Source: Octopus sinensis (taxonomy: Eukaryota). Taken from it: a stretch of DNA of 64,000 bases. The stretch covers positions 87,978,001-88,042,000 of the forward strand of contig NC_043003.1 of assembly GCF_006345805.1 (NCBI RefSeq), written 5' to 3'. The stretch's first letter is position 1. Each line of letters begins with the position of its first letter. The position numbers and the translations under genes were made by a program. The notes below the pieces were generated by a model, which did not search any database, was not told the origin of the DNA, and saw only the letters and a list, made by a program, of their open reading frames with translations. Below, piece after piece: positions 51,860 to 64,000 of the stretch.

Positions 51860-53940
51860 ACATGCCCTTCCCAGTTTTCAGAGTTGGCGCAATGAAAGTT
51901 AGTTCTAGTGAGATTGTAGAGATGCTTGAAAGGAGACAGGTTGATGTATACTGCATACAAGAGGTGAGATGGAGAGGAGCTTTAGCTAGGGTCCTCACAG
52001 GCAAGGCACATAGGTATAAAGTCTTCTGGCAAGGTAACATGGATGGGTAAATAGGAGGGTAAGGTTATAGAGGTTGTCAGGGTATGCGGTAGAGTGCTTA
52101 AGCTCAGGCTATTCCTGCAGAATAGCACAGCTACTATTATCTATGCCTATGACCCACATGCAGGGCTACCAAATGATCAGAAAGACTACTTTTATGATGT
52201 CCTTTTACAGGCTACCTCAAAGATGAGTGGCAATGACCTCATCTTTGTGGCTGGAGACTTTAATGGACATGTCGGGTGGGAATCGGGTATCTTCACTGGG
52301 GTGCACGGTGGCCATGGTATTGGCACCTGAAATGATGAGGGAACCAGGCTACTGGAGTTCTGTGATGCATGTAACCTTTTAATCTGCAACACTAACTTCA
52401 GGAAGTCAGACAGCCACCTTATAACCTATCAATCAGGGAACTCTGCTAGCCACATTGATTTCATCCTCACCAGACAGCGGGACGCAGGGTTGCTCTTAAA
52501 TACAAAGACCCTCCTGGGTGAAGAATATACCCCCAGCATAGGCATATCATTAGTGACTTTAGGCTCAAAGCCAGAAGGATACCAAGAAGCAGACCAATCC
52601 AAAAAAAAAAGGATTTGGAAGCTAAAGAACCCTTCACATGGTCAGAGATTTAGGGACATCTGCATCAAGAAATTTGAGGAAAGCGAGGAGGAGCTACAGC
52701 ATGAGACATAGAAGGTAGTTGGAAATTCCTACGGGACAGCTTGCTGAGTGCCACAGACCAAGTCTGTGGCTGGTGCAAAGTCCCTTCCATACCTAGAACC
52801 CTTCACATGCTCAGAGATTTGGGGACATCTTCATTGAGAAATTTGATGAGAGGGCAGAGGAACTACAGATTTGTGACATAGAGGGTAACTGGAAATACCT
52901 ACATGACAGCTTACTGAGCACCACAGACCAAATCTGCAGCTAGTGCAAAGTCCCTCCCAGTCCTGGGATAATATGGTGATGGAATAAATACTGTAGACAG
53001 GGCCATTAGGGAAAAGAAACAAGCCTGGAAAACCTGGAACAGTGGGGGTAGTAGGGAACTGTACCAGATAGCCAGAAGGGAGGTTAGGAGACAGGTATAT
53101 ATAGCCAAAGGAGAAGCAGAAAAGAAGAAGTTTGCCAATGTTCAGTGACATGAGGACCAAAGAACTGTGGTATTTCGAATTGCAAGACAGTGTGTGAGAG
53201 AGAATTGTGATGTCACAAGAAAGAAACATGTCGGCATGGATGATGGTGCACTTGCATTTAATGATTCTGCAAAGAAAGTGGCTTGGAAATGCCATTATGA
53301 AAGACTGCTGAATGTAGAGTATGAATGGGCAGAGGAGAGCCTGCCAAATATTCACCCAGTTGAGGGACCAGCTACCTGAATCGATAGCACCTTGGTAGAC
53401 AAAGTAATTAAGGATATGAAGTCAGGGAAAAACCCCAGCCCATCAGGAATCACCACAGGGATGCTTAAAGTAACTGGTGGTGTGGGTTATAGTCTTGTCT
53501 TCTGTATTGTAAATCATTTCAAAAAGGAGTCATACCCAATGACTGGGGTATCAGCACCATTGTCAACTGCTACAAAGGTAAAGGTGATGCTTTAGATAGA
53601 AATAACTACAAGGATATCAAATTGCTGGATCAGGGGATGAAGATCACAGAGAGGGTAATAGCCTAACTAATTAGAGAGAGAGTTAGCCTAGATAAGATGC
53701 AGTTTGGTTTTGTACCAGGTAGAAGCACCAATGATGCTATATTTCTGGTAAGCCAACTGCAGGAGAAATACCTCGACAAAGATAAACCTCTGTACTTGGC
53801 TTCTGTTGACTTCGAGAAAACCTTTGACACGATCCCCCGATCCCTTATCTGGTAGGCAATGCAGAAACTAGGGATAGACAAGTGGTTAGTAAAAGCTGTA
53901 TAGGCCCTGTACAGGGATGCTGTCAGTAATGTGAGGGTCG
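51860..53940 (+). mobile_element. Degenerate RTE LINE EN-RT with an internal duplication near 52630-52960
   Basis: VYCIQEVRWRG, FVAGDFNGHVG, GKNPSPSG; block AGAGATTT(A/G)GGGACATC...AAAGTCCC occurs twice. Confidence 0.85.
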
Positions 53941-54289
53941 GCAATGAGTATAGTGGTGGCGACAAAAAGGAAAAATGTAAGAGGAAAGGGGAGGAAAGTG
54001 GAAGTGGAACAGAAGATAGGTAGAAGGAGGACGAGATAAAGTGGAAGAGTCACAGACAAATGGTAATGATTTCCAATCAGGGTGTAGAGTGGCATAAACC
54101 AAATGAATGGGAACAGTAATCCGGAGGTACAAGAGAATTAGGTACTCCAAAGTCAGTTAGAAGGCCAGGGTCCATGTGAGCAGTATATAGTCAATCCAAA
54201 CAAAAACAAGCAAGAAAAAACCACAAAGCGAGGATATAGTACAAGTAGTGTGTTATTGGATGCTCAGGAAAGGAAATAAAAGAAAGTGG

Positions 54290-54324
54290 ATTTCATATTT
54301 CAAGCAGAGCTCTTCATCAGAAAT
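54290..54324 (-). ncRNA. Degenerate ultra-minimal hammerhead motif; related copy at about 29472-29506 (+)
   Basis: AUUU-CUGAUGA-A-GAGC(ucu)GCUU-GAAA-UA-UG-AAAU; both copies follow a CTTTGGACTTT-containing flank. Confidence 0.5.
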
Positions 54325-54382
54325 ATAGAAAAAGTCCAAAGAAGGAAAAACGAAGATAGAAAATTGCCAATGATACACAAAC

Positions 54383-54420
<38 letters not shown>

Positions 54421-54499
54421 CATATACACACACGCATATATATATACATATATATATACACACATATATATATACACATAAATATAAACATATATATCA

Positions 54500-56421
54500 T
54501 CATCATCATCATCATCATTTAACGTCCGCTTTCCATGCTAGCATGGGTTGGAGTGAGGTCTCGCGAACCAGACTCCAATCTGATCTGGCAAAGATTCTAT
54601 AGCTGGATGCCTTTCCTAACGCCAACCACTCTGAGAGTGTAGTGGGTGCTTTTACATGCCACCGACACAAGGGTCAGTTTGATGGTACTGGCAACGGCCA
54701 CACCCAAATGGTGCTTTTACGTGCCACATGCACAGGGGCCAGTCCAGCGGCACTGGCGACGACCTCGCTCGAATGTTTCACGTGCCACCAGCACAAGTGC
54801 TAGTAAGGCAATGCAGTAACAATCATGCACGAATGGTGTGCTTAAATGTGCCATCAGCACAAAGGCCAGCTCATTGCTCTGGCAACGATCTCACTCATAT
54901 GGTACTCTTAGCGGTCCACTAGCAATGTATGCCAGTCAACGAGTTCAATTTCGAGTTTAGTGTCCAGTGAAGAACAGGCACGCATAAGTGGACTGGTTAC
55001 ACCCCTAGCATAGGCCACAAGGTTATGGTCACACTTGCGCTTGCCGAGCCTTCTGCATCACAGCATATTTCCAGATCTCCCGGTCACTGGTCATTGTCTT
55101 GGTGAGGCTCAATGTTTATAGGTCATGCTTCACCACCTCATCTCAGGTGTTCCTGAATCTACCTCTTCCACAGGTTCACTCAACCACTAGGGTGTGGCAC
55201 TTTTTCACACAGCTATCCACATTCATTCTTGCCACATGACCATACCAGCACAGTCGTTTCTCTTGCACACCACATCTGATGCTTCTGAGGTCCAAAATTT
55301 CTCTCAGAGCACTAACACTCTGTCAAGTATGCACACTGACATTACACATCCATCGGAGCATGCTGGCTTCATTCCTTGCAAGATTGCACATATCCTCCGC
55401 AGTCACGGCCCATGTTTCACTGCCATGTAGCATGGCTGTTCATACACATGCGCCAAACAGTCTGCCTTTTACTCTGAGTGAGAGGCCTTTTGTCACCAGC
55501 AGAGGTAAGAGCTCCCTGAACTTTGCCCAGGCTATTCTTACTCTAGCAGTTACACTTTCAACACACCCGCCCCAGCTACTGTCTTGGTCACCTAGGTAAC
55601 ATAAGCTATCAACTATTTCTAGTTTTTCTCCATGGAATGTGGCGGAAGTTGGTCTCTGTGCAGTTTCAGTGTTTATTGCTCCTGAGAATCTGCAACATAC
55701 AAAAACTATCTTCCTAGTTAGCCTTCCTTTGACGTTGCTGCACCTCTTATGTGTCCATAGCTTACAATTGGTGCATCTTATAGAGTTTCTACCTACGCCT
55801 TTTCTACAGATCGAGCAGGGCCATCTACCTGAAGGCGTTTGTAACTTGTCTACCTTCCTACTTATTAGGACTTTGATTTTAGCAAGGCCCTTCGATTCTA
55901 ATCCTTGCTTCCACACCCGAAACTTCTCCACCAGTTCTGATAGTAACTCAGCAATTAGAGCAAGGTCATCAGCGTAGAGGAGCTCCCAGGGGCATCCTTT
56001 CTTGAATTCCTCCGTTATTGCATAGAGGACTACGATAAATAGGAGGGGGCTGAGGACTGAGCCTTGGTGGACTCCTACCTCTACCCGGAATTCTTCACTG
56101 TACTCGTTGCTAACCCTCACCTTACTAGCAGTGTCCCTGTACATGGCTTGCACAGCTCTCACTAACCATTCATTTATCCCTTGTTCCCTCATTGACCACC
56201 AGATAAGGGATTGGGGGACCCTGTCGAAGGCTTTCTCCAAGTCAACAAAAGCCAGGTACAGGGACTTATCTTTGGCTAGGTATCTCACCTGCAGCTGTCT
56301 TACCAGGATAATGGCATCAGTGGTACTTTTCCATGGCACGAACCCAAACTTAATCTCATCTAAACTAACTCTTTCTCTAATTAGTTGGGCTATGACCCTC
56401 TCCGAAACCTTCATTGTCCTG
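54500..56421 (-). mobile_element. RTE LINE 3' half with PHD insert, 3' UTR and (GAT)n tail; cut by the assembly gap
   Basis: GVHQGSVLSP, YADDLAL, WPCSICRKG...; tail at 54497-54560. Confidence 0.9.
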
Positions 56422-56521
56422 NNNNNNNNNNNNNNNNNNNNNNNNNNNNNNNNNNNNNNNNNNNNNNNNNNNNNNNNNNNNNNNNNNNNNNNNNNNNNNN
56501 NNNNNNNNNNNNNNNNNNNNN
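56422..56521. other. Assembly gap (100 N)
   Basis: Run of N. Confidence 1.
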
Positions 56522-56744
56522 CTATAAATATATATATATACATATAATATATATATATACATATATATATATATACATATACATATATATACATAATATA
56601 TAATACATATATATACATATTACATATATATACATACATATATATACATATATATACATATACATATATATACATATATATATATACATATATATACATA
56701 TACATATATATACATATATATATATACATATATATATATATACA

Positions 56745-57130
56745 TCGGCTGGCCCCCATGCCGGTGACATGTAAAAGCACCGTCCGTTCGTGGCCGTTTG
56801 CCAGCTCTGTCTGGCCCCGTGTCGGTGGCACGTAAAAGCACCATCCGTTCGTGTCCGTTGCCAGCGTCGCCTGGCCCCGTGCCGGTGACACGTAAAAGCA
56901 CCATCCGTTCGTGGCCATTCACCAGCTCTGTCTGGCACCTGTGCAGGTGGCACGTAAAAAACACCCACTACACTCGCGGAGTGGTTGCCGTTAGGAAGGG
57001 CATCCAGCCGTAGAAACACTGCCAGATCTGACTGGGCCTGACGAAGCCTTCCAGCTTCACAGACCCCAGTTGACCCGTCCAACCCATGCTAGCATGGAAA
57101 GCGGACGCTAAATGAAAAATGATGATGATG
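56745..57130 (+). mobile_element. RTE 3' UTR with 4 units of about 61 bp and tail
   Basis: CA(C/T)GTAAAA(G/A) core at about 56767, 56828, 56889 and 56949; near-identical to 59570-59940. Confidence 0.85.
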
Positions 57131-57269
57131 ATATACTTATACATATATATATATATATACATATATATATACATATTATATATTATACATATATATACAT
57201 ACATATATATATATATATATAATATATAACACTATATATACATATATATACATATAATACATATATATA

Positions 57270-57305
<36 letters not shown>

Positions 57306-57499
57306 ACATGCATATTATATATATATATATATACATTTCAACAATTGAGGGTAAAATTAATTAATTAATTAATCAATTTCACCAAGTATTCAGTATGCAA
57401 AGGGACCATTTAAGGCAAATTAATATATATATATACATATATATATATATATGCATATATATAAAAATAAATATTAGGGAATAAATCCAAATTTACAGG

Positions 57500-58265
57500 G
57501 AAAAATCAGATTTAGTGTCTTGCAGCGTGCATACGTTAATGATTGAGTGGTTGTATGTGTGTGTGTGCGAGTATGCATAATTAATGTGTAGAAATATAGG
57601 GCTGCATTATAAAATATCCGTGTCTATATGTATTTGTGTATGTATAGTTATATATATATATGTGTGTGTTTGTTTACGTATTTATATATGTTTATTACAT
57701 ACATATAGTATATAGTATTTATTTAATATTATTTTACTAAGAATAAATATTTCTATAAGTATGTGGTTGAGTATCTGCGGTTACTGGATGTTATTTCTCC
57801 TCTGTTTTAGTGTATTGCTGAGAGTATATGTTTATGAATGAGTGATTGTATGTGTGTGTGTGCGAGTATGCATAACTAATGAGTAGAAGTATAGGGCTGC
57901 AATATAATATCTATTTAAGTAAATATAGATTAAAATGGATATTAGAATATGGATTTCTACCTTATAAATTAAAGTTAATATTTAACATTATAGTCGATTT
58001 CGATATAATCATATTTAATAATAGAGTTTATTATAAGTAAATTTTTATTTAGATTATATAGATTATTTATATCATAAAAATATTGATTATATTTTAGGTT
58101 TTGAAACCACCTGAAGAATATCTCAAAGATGCTGAAATAAGACATGAAACAATCGTAGTGGTTATTTATAATTGTTAAATTTCTAAATTTATATAAATTA
58201 TTTTATGTATTGGCTTAAGTCTTTTTTTGTTTGATTTGCATAATAGTGGTTTTGTCTCTAATTTA
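57500..58265 (+). mobile_element. PLE pLTR-like segment with hammerhead at 58105-58163, same family as 10547
   Basis: AACCAC-CUGAAGA-AUAUCU...AGACAU-GAAA-C(aauc)G-UA-GUGGUU; shared downstream TTTTATGTATTG..TTAAGTCTTT..TAGTGGTTTTGTCTC. Confidence 0.75.
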
Positions 58266-58409
58266 ATATAATATACATATATATATATACTCATATATAT
58301 ATATACATATATATATATATTATTATATATATATATTCATATATATCTATATATTCATCTATATATATATACATATATAATATATACAATATATATATAT
58401 ATACATATA

Positions 58410-59940
58410 GGTTTAGAATCGAGGGGCCCTAAAATCAACCTAGCTAAACCAAAGTCCTAAAAGTAGGAAGGTAGACCAATCACAAACGCCTTCAGGTAGA
58501 TGGCCCTGCTCAATCTGTAAAAAAGGTGTAAGTAGAAACTCTATAAGATGCACCAAATGTAAGCTATGGACACATAAGAGATGTAATAATGTCAAAGGAA
58601 GACTTACTAGGAAAATAGTTTTTATCTGTGGCAGATGCTCAGGAGCAATGAACTCTGAAAATATGCAGAGACCAACTTCTACCACGTTCCAGGGAGAAAA
58701 ACTAGAAGTAGTTGATAGCTTCCACTACCTAGGTGACCAAGTCAGTAGCGGGGGCGGGTGTGCTGAAAGTGTATTTGCTAGAGTAAGAATAGCCTGGGCA
58801 AAGTTTAGAGAGCTCTTACCCCTGCTGGTGACAAAAGGCTCTCGCTCAAAGTAAAAGGCAGACTGTATGATGCATGTGTACGTACAGCCATGCTACATGG
58901 CAGTGAAATATGGGCCGTGACTGCTGAGGATTTGCGTAAGCTCGCAAGAAATGAAGTTAGTATGCTCCGATGGATGTGTAACGTCAGTGTTCATAATCGA
59001 CAGAGTGTAAGTACCTTGAGAGAAAAGTTGAACCTAAGAAGCATCAGTTGTTGTGTGCAAGAGAGACGTTTGCGCTGGTATGGTCATGTGATGAGAATGG
59101 CTGAAGATAGTTGTGTGTGAAAGTGCCACACCCTGGCAGTTAAGGGGACTTGTGGAAGAGGTAGACCCAGGAAAACCTGGGTCGAGGTGGTGAAGCACGA
59201 CCTTCGAACTTTAGGTCTCACCAAAGAAATGACCAGAGACCGAGACCTTTGGAAGTATGCTGTGCGTGAGAAAACCCGGCAAGACCAGTGAGAACAGTCA
59301 AAATCAAAATCAAACCAAATCAATTCATATATCAGAGAGCAGAACCAAATTGAGGTTGATCAGCATCAGTGCGAATTACAGCTGTGGTTAAGCGAACCAT
59401 CCGATCGTGGTCGTTGCCGGCGCCGCCCTGTCTAGCCTCCGTGTCGGTGGCACGTAAAAGCACCATCCGTTCATGTTCGTTGCCAGCCTCGCCTGGCCCC
59501 CGTGCAGGTTACACGTAAAAGCACCATCCGTTCGTGTCCGTTGCCAGCCTCGCCTGGCCCCCATGCCGGTGACACGTAAAAGCACCATCCGTTTCGTGGC
59601 TGTTTACCAGCCCTGTCTGGCCCCCGTGTTGGTGGCACGTAAAAGCACCATCCGTTCGTGTCCGTTGCCAGCCTCACCTGGCCCCCGTGCCGGTGACATG
59701 TAAAAGCACCATCCGTTTCGTGGCCGTTTGCCAGCTCTGTCTGGCACCTGTGCGGGTGGCACGTAAAAAGCACCCACTACACTCACGGAGTGGTTGGCAT
59801 TAGGAAGGGCATCCAGCCATAGAAACACTGCCAGATCTGACTGGGCCTGATGAAGCCTTCCAGCTTCACAGACACCAGTTGAACCGTCCAACCCATGCTA
59901 GCATGGAAAACGGACGCTAAATGATGATGATGATGATATA
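58410..59940 (+). mobile_element. 5'-truncated RTE LINE with complete 3' UTR (6 units of about 61 bp) and (GAT)n tail
   Basis: PHD, YLGDQVSSGGG, LHGSEIW, RRLRWYGHV, ORF end at about 59290. Confidence 0.9.
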
Positions 59941-59974
59941 TATACATATATATACATACATATACACACACATA

Positions 59975-60012
<38 letters not shown>

Positions 60013-60081
60013 CATATACTTATATGCATATATATATATACATACACATATATATATATAATACATACATATACACACACA

Positions 60082-60119
<38 letters not shown>

Positions 60120-60238
60120 CATTACTTATATGCATATATATATATACATACACATATATATATATATATACATACATATATATACATATACTTATATGCA
60201 TATATATATATACATACATATATATACATATACTTATA

Positions 60239-60287
<49 letters not shown>

Positions 60288-60317
60288 ATATATACATACA
60301 TATATACATATACATAC

Positions 60318-61795
60318 ATCATCATCGTTTAACATCTGCTTTCCATGCTAGCATGGGTTGGACGGTTCAACTGGGGTTGGGGAAGCCAGAAGGCTACACC
60401 TGGCCCAGTCTGATCTGGCAGTGTTTCTACAGCTGGATGCCCTTCCTAACGCCAACTACTCTGTGAGTGTAGTGGGAGCTTTTTACGTGCCACCGGCACG
60501 GAAACCAGATGAGGCTGGCAACGGCCACAATCGGATGGTGCTCTTTACGTGCCACCGGCACAGAGGCCAGCCAGGGCGGCGCTGGTTACGGCCAGTTCGG
60601 ATGGTTCTCTTACATGCCACCGGCACTGGTATCACAGCTACAAATTCCATTGATGTTGATCGATTACGATTTTGAGTTTCACTTGCCTCAACAGGTCTTC
60701 ACAAGTAGAGTTTTGTGTCCCAAAAAGAAAAGGAATGCTCTAGCTACATGCCAGCTAGAGGCCACGGGTTATGGCCTCACTTGTCCTGCTGGGTCTTCTC
60801 ACGGACAGCATGCTTCCAAAGGTCTCGGTATCTAGTCATTTCCTCGGTGAGACCGAAAGTTCGAAGGTCGTTCCTCCCCACCTTGTCCCAGGTTTTCCTG
60901 GGTCTGCCTCTTCCACAGGTTCCCTCTACTGCTAGGGTGTGGCACTTTCTCACACAACTATCTTCATCCATTCTCGCCACATGACCATACCAGCGCAAAC
61001 GTCTCTCTTGCACACCACAACTGATGCTTCTTAGGTCCAACATTTCTCTCAAGGTACTTACACTCTGTCAAGTATGAACACTGACGTTACACATCCATCG
61101 GAGCATACTGGCTTCATTTCTTGCGAGCTTACGCATATCCTCAGCAGTCACGGCCCATATTTCACTGCCATGTAGCATAGCTGTTCGTACACTTGCATCA
61201 TACAATCTGCCTTTTACTCTGAGTGAGAGGCCTTTTGTCACCAGCAGAGGTAAGAACTCTCTGAACTTTGCCCAGGCTATTCTTACTCTAGCAGTTACAC
61301 TTCCAGCACACCCGCCCCCGCTACTGATTTGGTTACCTAGGTAACGGAAGCTATCAACTATTTCTAGTTTTTCTCCCTGGAATGTTGTGGAAGATGGTCT
61401 CTGTGTATTTTCAGTGTTTATTGCTCCTGAGCATCTGCCACATACAAAAGCTATCTTCCTAGTTAGCCTTCCTTTGACATTGCTGCACCTCTTATGTGTC
61501 CATAGCTTACACTTGGTGCATCTTATAGAGTTTCTACCTACGCCTTTTCTACAGATCGAGCAGGGCCATCTACCCGAAGGTGTTTGTGATTTGTCTACCT
61601 TCCTACTTATTAGAACTTTGGTTTTAGCTAGGTTGACTCTAAGGCCCTTCGATTTTAATCCTTGCTTCCACACCTGAAACCTCTCCTCCAGTTCTGATAG
61701 TGATTCAGCAATTAAGGCAAGGTCATCAGCATAGAGGAGCTCCCAAGGGCATCCTGTCTTGAATTCCTCCGTTATTGCTTGGAGGACTATGATAC
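60318..61795 (-). mobile_element. 5'-truncated RTE LINE (RT C-half with intact PHD at 61431-61562)
   Basis: ORFs 61068-61799 and 60777-61052; tail CATCATCATCGTTTAAC. Confidence 0.92.
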
Positions 61796-61859
61796 ACATA
61801 CATGTATATACATATATACATATACATATACATACATATATACATATATATATATGGTG

Positions 61860-62750
61860 TGCATAGTCAACAGAGTGTTAGTACCTTGAGAGAAAAGTTG
61901 GACCTAAGAAGCATCAGATGTGGTGTGTAAGAGAGACAACTGTGCTGGTATGGCCATATGGTGAGAATGGATTTGGATAGCTGATTGAAAAAGTGCCACA
62001 CCCTTGCGGTTGAGCGAACCTGTGGAAGAGGTAGACCCAGGAAGACCTGGGATGAGGTAGTGCAGCATGACCTTCGAACATTGGGCCTCACCGAGGCAAT
62101 GACTAGTGACCGGGACCTCTGGAAATATGCTGTGCCTGAGAAGACTCGGCAAGCTCAAATGAGACCATAACCTTGTGGCCTATGCCAGTGGTGTAACCAG
62201 TCCACTTATGCGTACCTTTCCTTTATTGGACACTAAACTCCGCTTCCGAAGACCTGTTGAGGCAATCGAAATCGAAATCAAATTCAATGAGTGACATCCG
62301 TTCTAATGGAGCGCTAAGAGTGCCATATGAGCGTGATCATTGTCAGAGCAACAAGCTGGCCTCCGTGCCAGTGGCACGTAGAAAACACCATTCAAGTGTG
62401 ATCGTTACCTGCGTCACTTTTCTGGCACTTGTGCTGGTGGCACATGAAAAAACATTCAAGCGAGATCGTTGCCAGTGCCGCTGGACTGGTTCCTGTGCAG
62501 GTGACACATGTAAAGTAGCCTCTGAGCGTGGCCTTTGTTAATACTGCCTGACTGGCCCTCATGCCGGTGGCACGTAAAAGCACCCACTACACTCTTGGAA
62601 TGTTTGGCGTTAGGAAGAGCATCCAGCTGTAGAAACTCTGCCAGATCAGATTGGAGTCTGGTTCAGCTATGTGATTTGCGAGACCTCACTCAAAGCGTCC
62701 AACCCATGCTAGCATGGAAAGTGGACATTAAACGATGATGATGATGATAA
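61860..62750 (+). mobile_element. RTE LINE extreme 3' end with UTR and tail
   Basis: GRGRPRKTWDEVV...EKTRQ; (AAATCG)n; repeat units; ATTAAACGATGATGATG. Confidence 0.85.
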
Positions 62751-64000
62751 ATATATATATATATACAAATAAGAAAATGGAGGAACAGATTTCTTTCAAT
62801 CATCGACTTACAGATATTACCAATTCATATTATTTATTAGGGGTGGACTGAATATTTGTTTGTTTAGTTTTAACTACTTACGTGGTCCATCTCGATATTA
62901 ATAGTTTGATCAAACATTTATTTAATTATGAGGATTTACTTGTATAACCTTTGATCAATAATAAATTACCTATTATATATAGGGGTACATGGATATGATA
63001 TTGGATAACCTTAGATTAATATCTTATATCAATAAATGGATGTATAATTGAATAGATAGGTATTAATGCAGAATTAAAATATGAATAGTTGCATAATTGA
63101 GTAACATTAAAATTGTATATCGATCTCTAAAATATCCACAATAATACACATAAACTCGAAGATATTATATGGTCAGATACAGAATATTTTGTTTTTATTA
63201 CGGTATTTTATACGACTTAAGTTTTGCAACGAATTTAATTGGAGAAGTGAAAACGCTAATGTTAAATTGATTGTAAGGATTAGCATTATAGTAACGGTAT
63301 ATTTACACGATGAATTTGATTTTTGTATCTTTCGTAAATATCTTCCTATTTCTTTCCCATAAATCTTGGCAAATGTGCAATGCATACCTTCTACTTCTTT
63401 TGAAAGTTTTGTCTGAATATTTTCCAACCTTTGCCAAATATATAATCCTAACGTATTATACCCATTTAGGCCACTTTTTATATATTAGGAATTAGCATAG
63501 TTTTCACTTTAAATGGTTTATAATATTATTATTTTAGTTATTAGTATGTATATGTGTATGGGGGTGTATATAAGTATGTGCATATGTACATATATGTATG
63601 TATATGTGTATATGGATATGTATGTATGTATGTGTGTATTTATGTACATATGCATATCTATATGTACGTGTGTATGTGCGCATATATGTATGTTTGTATG
63701 TATGTGTATTTTAACCAACCAACCGTAACTAAGACAATGAAATTCAAATGTGTCAACCAATTGGATTTAGCTTGAGATTGTAAATAATCTCTCCCCTACC
63801 CCCGTAAGATTTTAAACCACTGTAATACTATATATTAATAATAACGTAAGCATAGCCCGTTACGGCCTACCTCTTACCTCTTGATCTGTGAACTCTACAT
63901 ATGTACATGCATATATCTTTTGTATGATGTAAAAGGGTATAATCTCTTTATATATGTATATGTATTAGTGGATGTTTTTACGCATATATGTATATGCATA

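Noticed and set aside
55440-56918. 492-aa ORF in the track
   Set aside because: Artefact: it reads through a SINE-like UTR, a microsatellite and the N gap into an unrelated RTE copy.
59440-59775. Repeat-spacer appearance resembling a CRISPR array
   Set aside because: Eukaryotic context; the inter-core segments are homologous to each other and lie in a LINE 3' UTR.

Overview
Eukaryotic, AT-rich, repeat-saturated genomic DNA. The repeat families look cephalopod (Octopus-like); that is my recognition, not a search result. No host protein-coding gene or RNA gene can be supported. The window is a mosaic of transposable elements: about 11 RTE-clade LINE pieces, two CR1/L2-like LINEs, an R4/Dong-like RLE LINE relic, a young Ty3/gypsy LTR element (39503-44327), Tc1 and mariner transposons, a hAT transposase relic and MITE, tRNA/CORE-type SINEs, Penelope-like elements (PLEs), many microsatellites and a 100-N gap. 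The ORF track misses the most interesting layer: at least six unrelated sequence families of minimal type I hammerhead-ribozyme (HHR) motifs linked to PLE termini. These include (i) a 344-bp TSD-flanked foldback insertion carrying a G3:C8 core-covariant hammerhead in both arms, (ii) a hammerhead whose strands are in non-canonical (permuted) order, and (iii) a second 800-bp foldback with a hammerhead in each arm. The RTE family also carries a C4HC3 PHD finger inside its RT and a minisatellite-bearing 3' UTR. All ribozyme activity claims are structural inferences and are untested.
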